From the NCBI GenBank assembly GCA_964187785.1, contig OZ076417.1, positions 43,772,001 to 43,836,000 on the forward strand: a stretch of DNA of 64,000 nt. The letters run 5' to 3'. Positions 62,700-64,000 of the stretch are shown piece after piece. Origin of the DNA: Amphiscolops sp. MND2022 (taxonomy: Eukaryota). Within the stretch, counting starts at the first letter, position 1. Each line of letters opens with the position of its first letter. The position numbers were made by a program, and so were the translations under genes. Under the pieces are notes generated by a model. The model was not told where the DNA came from. It searched no databases and saw only the letters and a list, made by a program, of their open reading frames with translations.

Positions 62700-64000
62700 A
62701 CGACATTAAAACGCGGATTTACAAGTAGTAAAGTTCGCTTAAGTGGTCTTCGTCCCGAACCGTTCCAACTACGGATTCAAAAAGACCCAGGCCCCTGCTT
62801 GTACGTTTTACCTCTGAATGGGATGCTCGCAAAAGTTTATCGAAAGCTTACAAACTGAAATCATACCCTGTGCAACTCTACTTTTCTAAATCGCTAAATA
62901 AGGAAGACCAAGCAACGAGACGTAAACTGTTAGAAAAAAATATCAAATGATTAACAATGAAAACGTCCCCAAAGAAGAATTGCGAATCAAAGGTCTAAAA
63001 CTTATGAGAAATGGTGTTGAGGTCAACTTGCAAAATTGACTGCAAATCAAATCTTGCCTTATCAATGTCCAAAGCCTTATCGATGTTTCGCAACGCCTCA
63101 AACTTCTGAATTATCTCAGTCTTCATTCCCCAGATATCATCTTTCTAACTGAAACTTGGCTCTATCCATCTATCAACGATTCTGAAACTTTTCCACTAAA
63201 AAGCAATTATACAACAATCTCCAGACAAGATCGATTAACTGGGGAACATGGTGGGGTTTTGATAGCTACCAAAAAAGGATTTCAATTCAATCATTCAGAA
63301 GTTTCAAAGCTAAACGACTACTCAACTGCCATCTACTTATTTGACGAATACAGCTCTCACATGTTTCTACTGATTTATAACCTGCCCACAAATTCTCCAT
63401 ACCGTATTCAAGCAGATTCACTAATAGACTGCATTTCCTCATACTTCAACGACGATCTTGTATCTTCGAATTCTTTCACAATCCTTGGTGACATTAACTT
63501 GGTGGACGTCTGTTGGGCAACAATCACAGCACACTCTGATTACTCTAAAGCAATATTGGAAAAAGTCGAAAGTTTAAATCTCCTGCCACTTGTTTTCGAA
63601 CCAACTTACAAGTCCGGAAGCATACTCGATATCATATTGACTTCAACTCCAGAACTTTTTACGGTTTGTGTGGATGAAAGTCTGTACTCGGATCACTTTG
63701 CTGTTATAGCATGGTTTTCCTTACCTAAGCCCTTGTCCAACCAAAGTTCTCAAACAACATCAAAGTATTCAGCTTCTTCCTTCTCCGCTCACTGCTTCAA
63801 TCAAAATCTTTCTTCTCACTACTATGATCTTCTGAGCTTCCCTAACTCCAGTTTTCTTCAATTCTCTTTTGACGATTATGTTGCCTTCTGGTATCAAGTG
63901 CTTATGAATGCTATCAATGCATCCTGTCATCGCAAAACTAACAGGAGACTTGAGTTTCCATATTTCTATTCCTCTCACTCTATACATATGATTAATAAGC
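62700..64000 (+). mobile_element. Non-LTR retrotransposon (CR1/L2-like LINE), ORF1 C-terminal remnant plus ORF2 start; runs off the window
   Basis: ORF1-like RPRPLLVRF..YFSKSLNKEDQ..RRKLL (frameshifted near 62940), ending TGA at 63037-63039. Left boundary approximate. Confidence 0.88.
63040..64000 (+). CDS. LINE ORF2, APE-type endonuclease domain (partial, open to the window edge; absent from the ORF track)
   Basis: My translation gives 320 stop-free codons: CLINVQS, DIIFLTETWL, DR..GGVLI, ILGDIN, PT..GSILDIIL, SDH, which are the APE endonuclease motifs. Confidence 0.92.
   Translation, partial: MQIKSCLINVQSLIDVSQRLKLLNYLSLHSPDIIFLTETWLYPSINDSETFPLKSNYTTISRQDRLTGEHGGVLIATKKGFQFNHSEVSKLNDYSTAIYLFDEYSSHMFLLIYNLPTNSPYRIQADSLIDCISSYFNDDLVSSNSFTILGDINLVDVCWATITAHSDYSKAILEKVESLNLLPLVFEPTYKSGSILDIILTSTPELFTVCVDESLYSDHFAVIAWFSLPKPLSNQSSQTTSKYSASSFSAHCFNQNLSSHYYDLLSFPNSSFLQFSFDDYVAFWYQVLMNAINASCHRKTNRRLEFPYFYSSHSIHMINK

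Overview
AT-rich, transposon-dense animal (metazoan) genomic DNA with GT-AG introns. The lineage cannot be fixed from sequence alone; the TE and GPCR style reminds me of acoel/marine-invertebrate genomes, which is unverified. Three host genes, all on the minus strand: (1) a 702-codon rhodopsin-like 7TM receptor ORF with an extra eighth TM and a C-terminal C-type-lectin-like domain (9423-11531); (2) intronless PDHB (26740-27861); (3) MRPS9, which the ORF track breaks into three pieces but which splices in frame as exons 61244-60613, 60472-60304 and 28491-28138 (384 aa). MRPS9 intron 2 is 31,812 bp and is mostly a ~26.7-kb tandem array of a ~1.02-kb monomer (31418-58081) with higher-order structure. 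On the MRPS9 sense strand, 15 monomers carry a polypyrimidine-CAG|GT motif resembling a recursive splice site. Mobile elements: a dead Ty3/Gypsy element with a ~1.7-kb LTR (1-7600), a related solo LTR (13535-~15200), a copia remnant, a BEL/Pao 3' fragment, tRNA-derived SINE heads, a TA-flanked Tc1/mariner-type MITE, an 879-bp hAT deletion derivative with perfect 8-bp TSDs just upstream of MRPS9, and a CR1/L2-like LINE running off the right end. There is also a nested ~770-bp tandem array (19.5-22.4 kb). I found no rRNA, CRISPR array or convincing functional tRNA. All alignments and counts were done by eye.
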